Source: Candidatus Micrarchaeota archaeon (lineage in GTDB: Archaea; Micrarchaeota; Micrarchaeia; Micrarchaeales; CABMGC01). Taken from it: a DNA stretch of 41,277 nt. The first letter of the stretch is position 1; each line of letters starts with the position of its first letter. The notes below the pieces were generated by a model. That model saw nothing but the letters and a program-made list of their open reading frames with translations, did not search any database and was not told where the DNA came from. This document shows, one piece after another, positions 17,753 through 26,355 of the stretch. The DNA lies in the NCBI GenBank assembly GCA_027315135.1, contig DAHUYR010000017.1:1-41277 (forward strand). The letters are read 5' to 3'. A program made the translations under genes and the position numbers.

Positions 17753-18772
17753 ATGATTCTAACCTTCAAGATAAAACACAACAGGGACTTCTCCTCAGAG
17801 TTAGGAAAGGCAAAACAGATTGCCGAGTATGTTCTGACTCACAAAACAAGGTCTTCAAAGGATGTGAAACAGTTCGGTCTGAAGTCGGCAATCGCAAACC
17901 AGATACTCAGGAAGTATGGGAATAATGAGACAATAAAGAATGTCAATAGGATAAAACTGACCATTCCCTCTCAATCTGTCCATGCAGATAAGGAGAAGAG
18001 AACAATAGAAATTCCATGCCTAAAGTTCAATGTGTCATACAATTTCAGGAATGACTATGAGAAGATAAACCAGATAGAATTGGACAACGAATATGTTTAT
18101 GTCTCAGTCAATATAAAGGAAGAACCACAAATAACTCCAGAGACATGGATGGGGGTAGATAGAAACACGACAGGACATATCGCAGTAGTCGGAAACCCAG
18201 ACACAGGAAAGATTCTAAAACTTGGAAAAGAGGCTCTGCACATTCACACAAAATACAGGAATATAAGAAAGAAGATGCAGAGACAGGGGAAGTATGGAGT
18301 AGTCAAAATGATAAGGAACAGGGAGTCAAGGATAATCAAGAACATCAACCACAACATCTCAAAGGCAATAGTAGAAACTGCAAAGGAGAACAATGCAGGA
18401 ATCAAACTTGAAAAATTGGAAGGCATAAGAAAGAATAGGAAACATTTAAGGAACTTCAATTATAGTCTGCATAGCTGGTCTTTCTACCAGTTGCAGACAT
18501 TTATCGAATACAAGGCAAAATTATGTGGAATACCTCTAACCTACGTGGAGCCTAAAAACACGTCCAAGGACTGTTCAAGGTGTGGAAACGAAGGAATTAG
18601 GGATTCAAAGAAATTCGTGTGCCAGTCGTGTGGACACGTAGACCATGCCGACGCAAATGCATCGTTCAACATATCGCAGCGTCCTCCAATAGGAGAAGGC
18701 AGAAGTCAATTGCACACAGACAGGGATGTGTGCAAGGGCAGCACTGATACGCCCCAAGGTGCAACTCTATGA
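17753..18772 (+). CDS. tnpB: RNA-guided endonuclease TnpB, 339 aa
   Basis: RuvC-I WMGVDRN, RuvC-II IKLEKL, WSFYQLQTFIEYKA, zinc ribbon CSRC/CQSC, RuvC-III HADANASFNI; likely ATG 17753. Confidence 0.96.
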   Translation: MILTFKIKHNRDFSSELGKAKQIAEYVLTHKTRSSKDVKQFGLKSAIANQILRKYGNNETIKNVNRIKLTIPSQSVHADKEKRTIEIPCLKFNVSYNFRNDYEKINQIELDNEYVYVSVNIKEEPQITPETWMGVDRNTTGHIAVVGNPDTGKILKLGKEALHIHTKYRNIRKKMQRQGKYGVVKMIRNRESRIIKNINHNISKAIVETAKENNAGIKLEKLEGIRKNRKHLRNFNYSLHSWSFYQLQTFIEYKAKLCGIPLTYVEPKNTSKDCSRCGNEGIRDSKKFVCQSCGHVDHADANASFNISQRPPIGEGRSQLHTDRDVCKGSTDTPQGATL

Positions 18773-18849
18773 ACGCCAGAGACGCCGAACCAAGAGGAAC
18801 CCCACGAATTTATTCGTGGGAGGATGTCAGTATTAACAGTAGTGCTAAT
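18640..18849 (+). ncRNA. Predicted TnpB omega/reRNA (scaffold to 18829, guide from flanking DNA)
   Basis: Established architecture of IS200/IS605 right ends; the 5' boundary is a guess, the 3' scaffold boundary is the element end. Confidence 0.55.
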
Positions 18850-19093
18850 TGCGCTAATATTCGTCTTGGTGCTCCCGCTCACGGGAGGACTGCTCTACTC
18901 GCTGCTCTTGAATACCATCGTAGGATTCATAGTGATATTCCTTGTAAATGCCATTTTCGGCCTTGGGATAAGGTATGATTTGTTGGTATTGATCTTTGTA
19001 GCGATATTCGGGCTGCTTGCAGTGGCAATACTGATAATACTCAACCTGTTTGGGGTAGGTTCAGGAAACAGACCATACAGGAATCGTGGATAA
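18824..19093 (+). CDS. BofA-like (pro-sigmaK processing inhibitor family) small membrane protein; current ATG lies inside the IS right end
   Basis: LLNTIVGFIVIFLVNAIFGLGIRYDLLVLIFVAIFGLLAVAILIIL matches the BofA-type pattern. Confidence 0.7.
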   Translation: MSVLTVVLIALIFVLVLPLTGGLLYSLLLNTIVGFIVIFLVNAIFGLGIRYDLLVLIFVAIFGLLAVAILIILNLFGVGSGNRPYRNRG

Positions 19094-19102
19094 TGGGATA
19101 TT

Positions 19103-19378
19103 ATGTTTTTAGGAGATATTTTTGTCGGGGAACTGGTCGCAGAGCTGTTGCTGATAGCAGCAATAGCGCTGGTGCTATTCATCGTCTTCAAGTTCAGGAA
19201 CTTTATTCTCGGGATCATACTTAACAGCATCCTGGGCTTGATTGCGATATGGCTTGCAAACAGCTTCTTCATGCTTGGAATAACATACGACTGGATCACA
19301 TGGATCGTGGTAGCGGTATTCGGACTGCCTGCTGTTGCGATTATAATAATCCTAAAGCTGATCGGCATTTCTATCTGA
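19103..19378 (+). CDS. BofA-like small membrane protein (tandem paralog)
   Basis: ILNSILGLIAIWLAN...GITYDWITWIVVAVFGLPAVAIIIIL; visibly similar to the upstream ORF. Confidence 0.8.
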   Translation: MFLGDIFVGELVAELLLIAAIALVLFIVFKFRNFILGIILNSILGLIAIWLANSFFMLGITYDWITWIVVAVFGLPAVAIIIILKLIGISI

Positions 19379-19400
19379 TTTACGCTTAATTGGTGAAACA

Positions 19401-19985
19401 ATGAATCAACAAAAAACAGAGAAATTTTATACAATATCTGCAAGATTGGCATTTTCCGCAATAATTGTGGTGCTTGTAGTAGTTCTGATATTAGGTCTTT
19501 CGATAGCCATCAACCATGGCCCAATAATACCTTTGTTAGGCGTATTTGGAACAGCCACAGCACCATACACTGTCGCCGCTACATCAGCGCCGTCGATAGT
19601 GATAAGTGTGGGATGCTCTCCTACATCGACAAGTTACAAGTGCCTGAATCCTGTGTATAATTACACTACCGGAGTACTGGCCATCGCACTGAGCCAGGAT
19701 ACGGGATACAACTGGACCAGCGTGACAGTAAGGTTTGTGACCGCAAACGCTGTCTACTCTAATGGAGTGCCTGTGCTCTCATGGTCGCCTCCGGAAGCTG
19801 TCAACTTGACAGGCGGACTGCTCTCAAACCAGACTAAGTACGTTAACATACCTATAACTTCGGGGCCTATAGCAGTTGGTAGTAATATAACTGGCTCGAT
19901 CTGGGCAAAGTACCAGCTGCAGATAGGAGAACAGGTATCGTATGCGAACATGTCTTCAGCAGTTATAGTGATCAAAAGGGGTTGA
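19401..19985 (+). CDS. Membrane-anchored surface protein
   Basis: N-terminal TM, Ser/Thr-rich extracellular region, Cys pair, multiple N-x-S/T sequons (NYT, NWT, NLT, NQT, NIT, NMS); GGTGA upstream. Confidence 0.8.
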   Translation: MNQQKTEKFYTISARLAFSAIIVVLVVVLILGLSIAINHGPIIPLLGVFGTATAPYTVAATSAPSIVISVGCSPTSTSYKCLNPVYNYTTGVLAIALSQDTGYNWTSVTVRFVTANAVYSNGVPVLSWSPPEAVNLTGGLLSNQTKYVNIPITSGPIAVGSNITGSIWAKYQLQIGEQVSYANMSSAVIVIKRG

Positions 19986-20018
19986 TCATTACACTGCATT
20001 GGATTAGAGGTGAACAAC

Positions 20019-20165
20019 ATGGCGAAAAGAAGCCGAGGCGGAAGGACTGAGCAGCTAAGAAACGTGCTGCGCGATACGGCAAGGGCAACAAGAACAGGCA
20101 TGCTCGCAGAATCAGAATACTTCCGGCCTTGGCCATTCAACGTGCCTATACTCTTCATCAACTAA
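20019..20165 (+). CDS. Possible small basic protein (48 aa), perhaps frameshifted
   Basis: Strong GAGGTGA SD then ATG GCG AAA AGA AGC CGA GGC GGA AGG (MAKRSRGGRT); 3' end overlaps the opposite-strand gene. Confidence 0.4.
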   Translation: MAKRSRGGRTEQLRNVLRDTARATRTGMLAESEYFRPWPFNVPILFIN

Positions 20166-20885
20166 GCTATTTGCTGCTCTCACTGCGCTCATGTTTCCAA
20201 GCACCAGAAGCACCATCGATATGAATGACAACGCCATCGGGAGAATAAGGTAATTGACACCGCTGCTGTTCATAAATTCATAGCTTATAAGCATGAAGAC
20301 TATAAGACCTACAACTATTCCTATGCGCCTCCTACCACTTGACATTGCCATGAGCCCTGCAATCAATGATACTATTATCGCAACAAAGTTTGCAAGGGTA
20401 GGGTAATAATAGCTTGCAAGCAGCTTTGCAATGCCGTTTATTGTAAGCGACACCAATATATTGCCGTACAGTACACTTGCCTGCGGATAAAATAGATATA
20501 ACAAATAAGCTCCGTTGAATATCAGAAACACTCCGCCTATGCCTGTGAAGAGATTATTCTTGGACGCATTTTTTTCAATGTCCTCGGTTTCAACAACTGC
20601 TATGTCGTCCAAGCAGACAAACCTGCCTTTTTTCTTGATTATATCTACATAGCAGAACGGTAAACCGCACTTGCTACATACTGCGTAAGCATCTCTCCAC
20701 GGATGCACGGAACATTTCAGACCTTTGGCTGAAACTATTACATCCGGATTGGGTTCAGTTACTTCTTCAGGAAAATCTTCGGCTGAAGATTCTGCAGAAA
20801 CTGGCGCAGCTTCATCTGTGCTTTCTTCAAGGTCTACATCTCCTCGCAGCTTGAATATCAGCAGGTCAGAAGACTCATCGCCCAA
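20112..20885 (-). CDS. Membrane protein with N-terminal acidic stretch, B-box-like zinc finger and about four TMs
   Basis: CSVHPWRDAYAVCSKCGLPFCYVD...VCLDD followed by hydrophobic helices; TTG start 9 nt after the eS26 stop. Confidence 0.78.
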   Translation of the reverse strand: MGDESSDLLIFKLRGDVDLEESTDEAAPVSAESSAEDFPEEVTEPNPDVIVSAKGLKCSVHPWRDAYAVCSKCGLPFCYVDIIKKKGRFVCLDDIAVVETEDIEKNASKNNLFTGIGGVFLIFNGAYLLYLFYPQASVLYGNILVSLTINGIAKLLASYYYPTLANFVAIIVSLIAGLMAMSSGRRRIGIVVGLIVFMLISYEFMNSSGVNYLILPMALSFISMVLLVLGNMSAVRAANSLVDEEYRHVEWPRPEVF

Positions 20886-20894
20886 ACCCTACAC

Positions 20895-21128
20895 CTATCT
20901 ATCATATCTGCTTGCAGCGCGCTGAGCCTGTTCCTTCTTCTTTTCAAAGATGCCTTTATGTTTCGCGCAGCTTATGCAGTAGTAAACCTTCCTTCTTGTC
21001 ATATAACTTACACTATCTGCTCTAACATCGGTGCTGAACCGTATAACTTTTTCATCAGCTACGGCCTTGTTCCTCGGGACCGACCTGCCACAATTGGAGC
21101 AGTTCACTAGTTGCTCTTTGCCTCTCAG
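20895..21128 (-). CDS. rps26e: 30S ribosomal protein S26e
   Basis: LVNCSNCGRSVPRNKAV and KVYYCISCAKHKGI; start uncertain (CTG 21128 after GGTGA, or ATG 21179). Confidence 0.9.
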   Translation of the reverse strand: MRGKEQLVNCSNCGRSVPRNKAVADEKVIRFSTDVRADSVSYMTRRKVYYCISCAKHKGIFEKKKEQAQRAASRYDR

Positions 21129-21225
21129 AAAATCACCTTTTAAACATAATTGCGTTAAATCTACAGATATATTATACATACGATATAATATAAATACTAA
21201 CGGACATATTGCAATAGGTGTTTAA

Positions 21226-21750
21226 ATAAAGATTCTGCTCGCTTCAAACGTGCCTGGAGCTGTTGAGGAGCTGTTTAATAACATACCTGATGCTTCTGGG
21301 GTCATAGCAAAGGAGATTACGGCAAACACTGACAAATTTGTAGAATCTGTGAGAAAAGCAGCCAGCGATAAGGCATATTCAATTTGCATTGTTATACCTG
21401 AGGATTACATAAAAGCATCAATAATGCTGAACAGGAATGGGAACATAAACGCAGCAATATGTTCGTCAGAAGCAGACATGCGTTATGCAAAAGAGAATAA
21501 TGCAAATGTTATAATAATAAAACAGGGCGACATGAGCGGTACGGCTAAATTGCTTGACGAATTTTTCAAAGCATCTGCTCAGCCCGTAGCTGAAAACGTT
21601 GCATATTCCACTCCAGCAAAGTCTGAAAAGCAGCAGAGAATAACGCAGCAAGCTATACAGGAAATAAAGCAGGAAGCCAAGCCAAGTGCAGTACAAGAGA
21701 GCAGGGGCATGCTAAAGAAGTTGAAATACTCCTTAGGGATAGAAGATTAG
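21226..21750 (+). CDS. Degenerate RpiB/LacAB-fold protein
   Basis: IKASIMLNRNGNINAAIC...AKENNANVIII aligns by eye with RpiB GMSIAANKVKGIRAALC...AREHNNANVL; start ATA 21226 or GTG 21250. Confidence 0.6.
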   Translation: MKILLASNVPGAVEELFNNIPDASGVIAKEITANTDKFVESVRKAASDKAYSICIVIPEDYIKASIMLNRNGNINAAICSSEADMRYAKENNANVIIIKQGDMSGTAKLLDEFFKASAQPVAENVAYSTPAKSEKQQRITQQAIQEIKQEAKPSAVQESRGMLKKLKYSLGIED

Positions 21751-21758
21751 GTATCAAA

Positions 21759-22118
21759 ATGGCAATAAAAAGCGAATCAATAATGGAAAAGACAAAGAAG
21801 CACGGCCAATTAAATTGTATGCACATAACAAATCTAATGATGCCAGCTGTAAGGGCTTCGGTAACCGAGAAGCTTTTAAGCATGGGTTACGGGCAGGAGA
21901 GCATAGCAAAGGAATTGGGGATAGTGCAGGCAGCTGTTAGTAAGTATATGAACGGCAGATATTCAGAACATGTGGGTGCCATAAAAAAGCACATAGAGGA
22001 TGGTAATCTATGCGATTGCATTATCGAGAGCATAGTTAAGAAAAAAGGCAAAACTGTCGTGGAAAAAGATATAAGCCGACTCTGTGAGAACCTTATAGAT
22101 TATTATAATTCCCAATAA
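21759..22118 (+). CDS. Archaeal HTH transcriptional regulator (COG2522-like)
   Basis: C...MPAVRASVTEKL..GYGQESIAKELGIVQAAVSKYM. Confidence 0.82.
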   Translation: MAIKSESIMEKTKKHGQLNCMHITNLMMPAVRASVTEKLLSMGYGQESIAKELGIVQAAVSKYMNGRYSEHVGAIKKHIEDGNLCDCIIESIVKKKGKTVVEKDISRLCENLIDYYNSQ

Positions 22119-22162
22119 AATCTGACTGATGTTTACAACATTTTGATATTTTACGTGATAAT

Positions 22163-23431
22163 ATGGTAGAAGAACTAAATCCTTTCAAGATTTCACAGCT
22201 ACAGTTGGACAAAGCAGCGGATAAGATGCAGCTTGATAAGACCGCCCATGCGATACTTAGAGAACCTATGAACATTCTAGAGACGAACACACCTGTAAGG
22301 ATGGACGACGGATCCGTCGAAGTATTTAATGGCTTCAGAGTAAGATACAACACCGCACGCGGACCTGCAAAGGGCGGCGTGCGATACCATCCGCAGGAAA
22401 ACCTGGACACCGTAAAGGCGCTTTCGGCATGGATGACTTGGAAATGTTCTCTTGCAAATCTTCCTTTCGGAGGTGGCAAAGGCGGCATAATCTGCGACAC
22501 GAAGAAAATGAGTGATTCGGAAGTGGAAAGAATGTCGCGTGGATATATACGATCTGTACAGCGAGAGATAGGTCCTGAAACCGACATACTTGCACCAGAC
22601 GTCTATACAAACCCGCAGATAATGGCTTGGATGATGGATGAGTATAGTGCTATTAAGGGATACAATTCCTTCGGAGTGCTTACCGGGAAGCCGCTTGAGG
22701 TATGGGGCTCGGAAGGAAGGTTCGACTCTACCGCAATGGGTGGGATGTATGTCATGCGTGAAGCTGCAAATAAGCTGAAGATAGACTTAAAGGGCGCGAA
22801 GGTGGTAATCCAGGGATTCGGAAATGCGGGGAAATTCGCTTTCGAACTTGCGCAAAATATAGGTGCAAAGGTGATAGCCATAAGCGACTCTCAGGGTGGA
22901 GTATACTCGGAGGAGGGGCTTGACCTTGCCAAACTCGACGCTGCAAAGACTAAGACAGGAAGTGTGCAGGGATATACTGACAAAGGCGCAAAGAAGATAT
23001 CGAATGACAAACTGCTGGAACTGAAAGCTGATGTGCTGATACCTGCCGCTATGGAGAACCAGATAACCGGACGCAATGCCGACAAGATCAACGTTCCATT
23101 GCTGCTTGAGCTGGCAAACGGTCCAGTAACTCCAGAGGCAGATGAGATACTGTTCGAAAGAGGGATCGTCGACCTACCTGACTTTCTTGTAAATTCAGGA
23201 GGAGTCATTGTCTCATATTTCGAATGGGTGCAGAATCAGCAGGGCTATTATTGGGACATAGACGAGGTGTATTCAAAGCTTGATAAAATAGTTACAAAAT
23301 CCTTCCAAGATGTAATGAAGACACAGGCCGACTATGCTTCAAAACGAAAGAAGATAACTCCAAGGGAATCTGCATACATAATAGCAGTAAGCAGGGTCGC
23401 ATCTGCAATGAAGGCGCGCGGATGGTACTGA
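22163..23431 (+). CDS. gdhA: Glutamate dehydrogenase (Glu/Leu/Phe/Val dehydrogenase family)
   Basis: RGPAKGGVRYHP, MTWKC, GGGKGG, APDVYT, TGKP, IQGFGNAG, ELANGP, SYFEWVQN. Confidence 0.96.
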   Translation: MVEELNPFKISQLQLDKAADKMQLDKTAHAILREPMNILETNTPVRMDDGSVEVFNGFRVRYNTARGPAKGGVRYHPQENLDTVKALSAWMTWKCSLANLPFGGGKGGIICDTKKMSDSEVERMSRGYIRSVQREIGPETDILAPDVYTNPQIMAWMMDEYSAIKGYNSFGVLTGKPLEVWGSEGRFDSTAMGGMYVMREAANKLKIDLKGAKVVIQGFGNAGKFAFELAQNIGAKVIAISDSQGGVYSEEGLDLAKLDAAKTKTGSVQGYTDKGAKKISNDKLLELKADVLIPAAMENQITGRNADKINVPLLLELANGPVTPEADEILFERGIVDLPDFLVNSGGVIVSYFEWVQNQQGYYWDIDEVYSKLDKIVTKSFQDVMKTQADYASKRKKITPRESAYIIAVSRVASAMKARGWY

Positions 23432-25159
23432 TCAGAAGCTCTTGAAGTGCTTCATCAGCCTGTCCAGAGGAAGTGTGTTTACCACTTCTTCCTTAGATAG
23501 CCACCCCCTTCTAGCGGTTCCTATGCCATACTTGAGAACATTGAAGTGATCGACGCCATGCGCATCCGTATCCACTGCAAACTTCAGGCCATACTCCTTT
23601 GCCTTGATTATGTTTTCATCACCAAGGTCTAATCTTTCAGGGAAGGAATCTATTTCCATTATTACGTTGTTATCTGCTGCAACCTCGAATACTTTGTCAA
23701 GATCCATATTTATCGGATCTCTGCTTCCTATCAGCCTGTCTGTCGGATGGCCCATTATATCTACATAGCCGCTTGAAAGCGCCTTTACCACTCTCCCAGT
23801 CATTTCCTCCCTTGACATCTTAAGGTTTGTATGTATGCTTGCTAACCTGTAATCCATCATCTCAAGAGTCTTCCTCTTCAGATCAAGGCTTCCGTCCTTA
23901 AGTATGTCTATCTCGGCGCTTTTCAATATCCTTATCTTACTAATATTCTCATTAACATCGTCTATGTCCTTCAGATGCTTAACAAATTTCACATCATCCA
24001 TCCCGTTTGCAATCCTCTCATTCTTAGTATGGTCTGTTATTCCCAGATAACTCAAGCCTTTCCTCTCTGCTGCCTCTGCCATCTCCAATATGCTGAACGT
24101 TCCGTCGCTATGGTTTGTATGGGCGTGCAGTTCTCCTTTTATGTCTGCCAACTCAATTATATCAGGTATCTTCCCTTTAAGGCTTAACTCTATCTCTCCC
24201 CTATTCTCCCTCATCTCCGGAGGCATATACTGCATCCTGAGCTTTGTATATACATCCTTCTCATCTTCAGCAGCAATGCTCTTCCCGTTTTTATCGAACA
24301 AGCCATACTCATTCAGTTTATATCCTCTCTTTATCGCTATCTCTCTAACTTTTACATTATGGTCTTTGTTCCCTATGAAGTACTGCATAGCAGCACCGAA
24401 GCTTTCCGTCCCAACAACTCTTAGATCGCAAGTTATCCCTATCTTAAGCATAACTGTTGTCTTAGTCGGACCTGTCAACAGCACTCTTTCAACCTGATTA
24501 AGAGATGAAAAGCTCTCAGTCATCTCATCCGGGTGTTTTGTGGTCACAAGAATGTCAAGATCCCCGACCGTCTCCCGCATCCTTCTGGCAGATCCTGCAA
24601 GCTCTACTCTGTCAGCAAGCCCCGATTTCCTAAGTTCATCTATTATCTTCTCAGCTTCCGGGAGTGCCCTTCCAAGCAACATCCTGCCGCCGCTCCTCTC
24701 CAAACGCTCAATGCCATTTGCTATCTCAAGTTCGCTCTTCTCCCCGAAGCCGTCGAGAGCCATTATCTTATGCTTCCGTATCGCCTCTTTCAGTTCCTCA
24801 ATGTTCTTTATGTCAAGTTCCTTATACAGCCTGTAGACCTTTTTAGCCCCAAGACCCTGTATCTTTGTCAGGGAGTTGAAGTCTACAGGAAAGCTCTTTT
24901 TCAAAGAGTCATACTTCTTCATATGCCCTGTATCAAGGAGTTCGGCTATGCTGCCTGCAATACCCTTGCCTATCCCCTGCAGTTCCATCAGTCCGTCAAT
25001 GCCCTTTCGTTCATATATGTTCTCTATCCTCTCCTGCAGCGTCTCTATTGTGGTCGCGGCTTTCCTGTATGCAAGGACCTCGAACCTGCTCCTCTTTCCC
25101 TCTACCTCTAATATGTCTCCTATCTCCTTAAGCATCTCAGAGATTCCCTTATTGTCCAC
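23432..25159 (-). CDS. polX: DNA polymerase/3'-5' exonuclease PolX (PolX-PHP)
   Basis: GSARRMRETVGDLDIL, CDLRVV, LNEYGLF, PPEMREN; PHP motifs HAHTNHSDG, ITDH, GHPT, DTDAH. Confidence 0.96.
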   Translation of the reverse strand: MDNKGISEMLKEIGDILEVEGKRSRFEVLAYRKAATTIETLQERIENIYERKGIDGLMELQGIGKGIAGSIAELLDTGHMKKYDSLKKSFPVDFNSLTKIQGLGAKKVYRLYKELDIKNIEELKEAIRKHKIMALDGFGEKSELEIANGIERLERSGGRMLLGRALPEAEKIIDELRKSGLADRVELAGSARRMRETVGDLDILVTTKHPDEMTESFSSLNQVERVLLTGPTKTTVMLKIGITCDLRVVGTESFGAAMQYFIGNKDHNVKVREIAIKRGYKLNEYGLFDKNGKSIAAEDEKDVYTKLRMQYMPPEMRENRGEIELSLKGKIPDIIELADIKGELHAHTNHSDGTFSILEMAEAAERKGLSYLGITDHTKNERIANGMDDVKFVKHLKDIDDVNENISKIRILKSAEIDILKDGSLDLKRKTLEMMDYRLASIHTNLKMSREEMTGRVVKALSSGYVDIMGHPTDRLIGSRDPINMDLDKVFEVAADNNVIMEIDSFPERLDLGDENIIKAKEYGLKFAVDTDAHGVDHFNVLKYGIGTARRGWLSKEEVVNTLPLDRLMKHFKSF

Positions 25160-25299
25160 AATCTCATTATCTTTACAAAGCTAATAAACCTTATACAAAA
25201 CGGAACTCCAAAGCGAAATATCCAAGCCTGCTTATAAAGCTGCACAAGCGCTCCCTTCTCTAAATGCAAAGGAAAGCTATTTATTCTTAGATATGGATT

Positions 25300-26355
25300 A
25301 TGAATAAAGGTAATGTTATGTTTGAATACGATGTAGAAAAGCAGAAACAGGAAATGATGTCTGATTATGAAATGTTTAAGCCAAGGATATGCGTGGTCGG
25401 AGTTGGAGGAGGAGGAAATAACACCGTGCACAGAATAAGCAGCATGGATATAAAAGGGGCAAGCTTATTTGCATTCAACACCGACGGAAAACAGCTCAGC
25501 ACAATGAAGACGAACATAAAGACGCTTATGCTTGGAAAGTCACTCACCCACGGGTTAGGAGCCGGAGGATATCCGGACGTGGGAGAAAAAGCTGCAGAGA
25601 TGTCTCGCATGGATATAGAGCTTCTGCTCAGGGACATGAATCTGACCTTCCTGTGCGCAGGTATGGGAGGAGGAACCGGAACAGGTGCTGCACCTATAGT
25701 TGGAAGAGTAGCAAAAGACAGCGGTTCCATAGTTGTCGGAGTAGTGACGATACCGTTCTCGCTTGAGAGAGTAAGGCTTGACACTGCAAGAAAGGGGATA
25801 GACAAACTGAAGAACAATGTTGATACTTTGATAGTGATAGACAACCAGAGGTTAGTACAGCTCTATCCAAATCTTCCTATAGAAAAGACCTTTGCTCTTG
25901 CAGACGAGATAACAGCAAAGGCCGTGCGTGGAATAACAGAGGCAATAACTCAGCCAAGCTTGATAAATACGGACTATGCAGACGTTAGAACTATAATGAC
26001 AAGCGGAGGCATGGCTGTAATAAGCGTAGGGTCGGCATCAGGGGCCCACCGCGTAGAGGAGGTAGTGCACAACACGCTGAAGAACAAGCTGCTTGATGTT
26101 GACTACAGCGATGCAACTGGAGTGCTTCTCCACATAACCGGAGGGAAGAGCCTGACATTAGGCGAGGCAAATCAGATAGGCACAAAGCTTACGGAGAGGT
26201 CAGCGCCTAACGCAAATGTGATCTGGGGAGCAAGACTTGACCCTGAATACGGAGACATGATAGAGGTCATTGCAATATTTACTGGAGTAAGAGGATCATC
26301 GGTTGTTGGAAAGGATGAGCCTCAACAGAATGATACAGGACTTGACTTAATCTAG
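25300..26355 (+). CDS. ftsZ: Cell division GTPase FtsZ (FtsZ2-type)
   Basis: GVGGGGNN, AGMGGGTGTGAAP, PSLINTDYADV (archaeal FtsZ2-like T7 loop), VIWGAR. Confidence 0.96.
   Translation: MNKGNVMFEYDVEKQKQEMMSDYEMFKPRICVVGVGGGGNNTVHRISSMDIKGASLFAFNTDGKQLSTMKTNIKTLMLGKSLTHGLGAGGYPDVGEKAAEMSRMDIELLLRDMNLTFLCAGMGGGTGTGAAPIVGRVAKDSGSIVVGVVTIPFSLERVRLDTARKGIDKLKNNVDTLIVIDNQRLVQLYPNLPIEKTFALADEITAKAVRGITEAITQPSLINTDYADVRTIMTSGGMAVISVGSASGAHRVEEVVHNTLKNKLLDVDYSDATGVLLHITGGKSLTLGEANQIGTKLTERSAPNANVIWGARLDPEYGDMIEVIAIFTGVRGSSVVGKDEPQQNDTGLDLI

Larger units (their letters stand above)
17002..18829 (+). mobile_element. Complete IS200/IS605-family element (tnpA - cargo - tnpB), about 1828 bp
   Basis: Left hairpin CCCACGATT-TTC-AATCGTGGG (17022-17042), right hairpin CCCACGAAT-TT-ATTCGTGGG (18801-18820), begins CAAGAA, ends GGATGTCA, no terminal inverted repeats or target duplication; removal restores a reading frame. 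Confidence 0.9.

Noticed and set aside
17753-18772. Cas12f/Cas14 effector
   Set aside because: No CRISPR array or cas1/2/4; flanked by tnpA and IS200/IS605 end hairpins.
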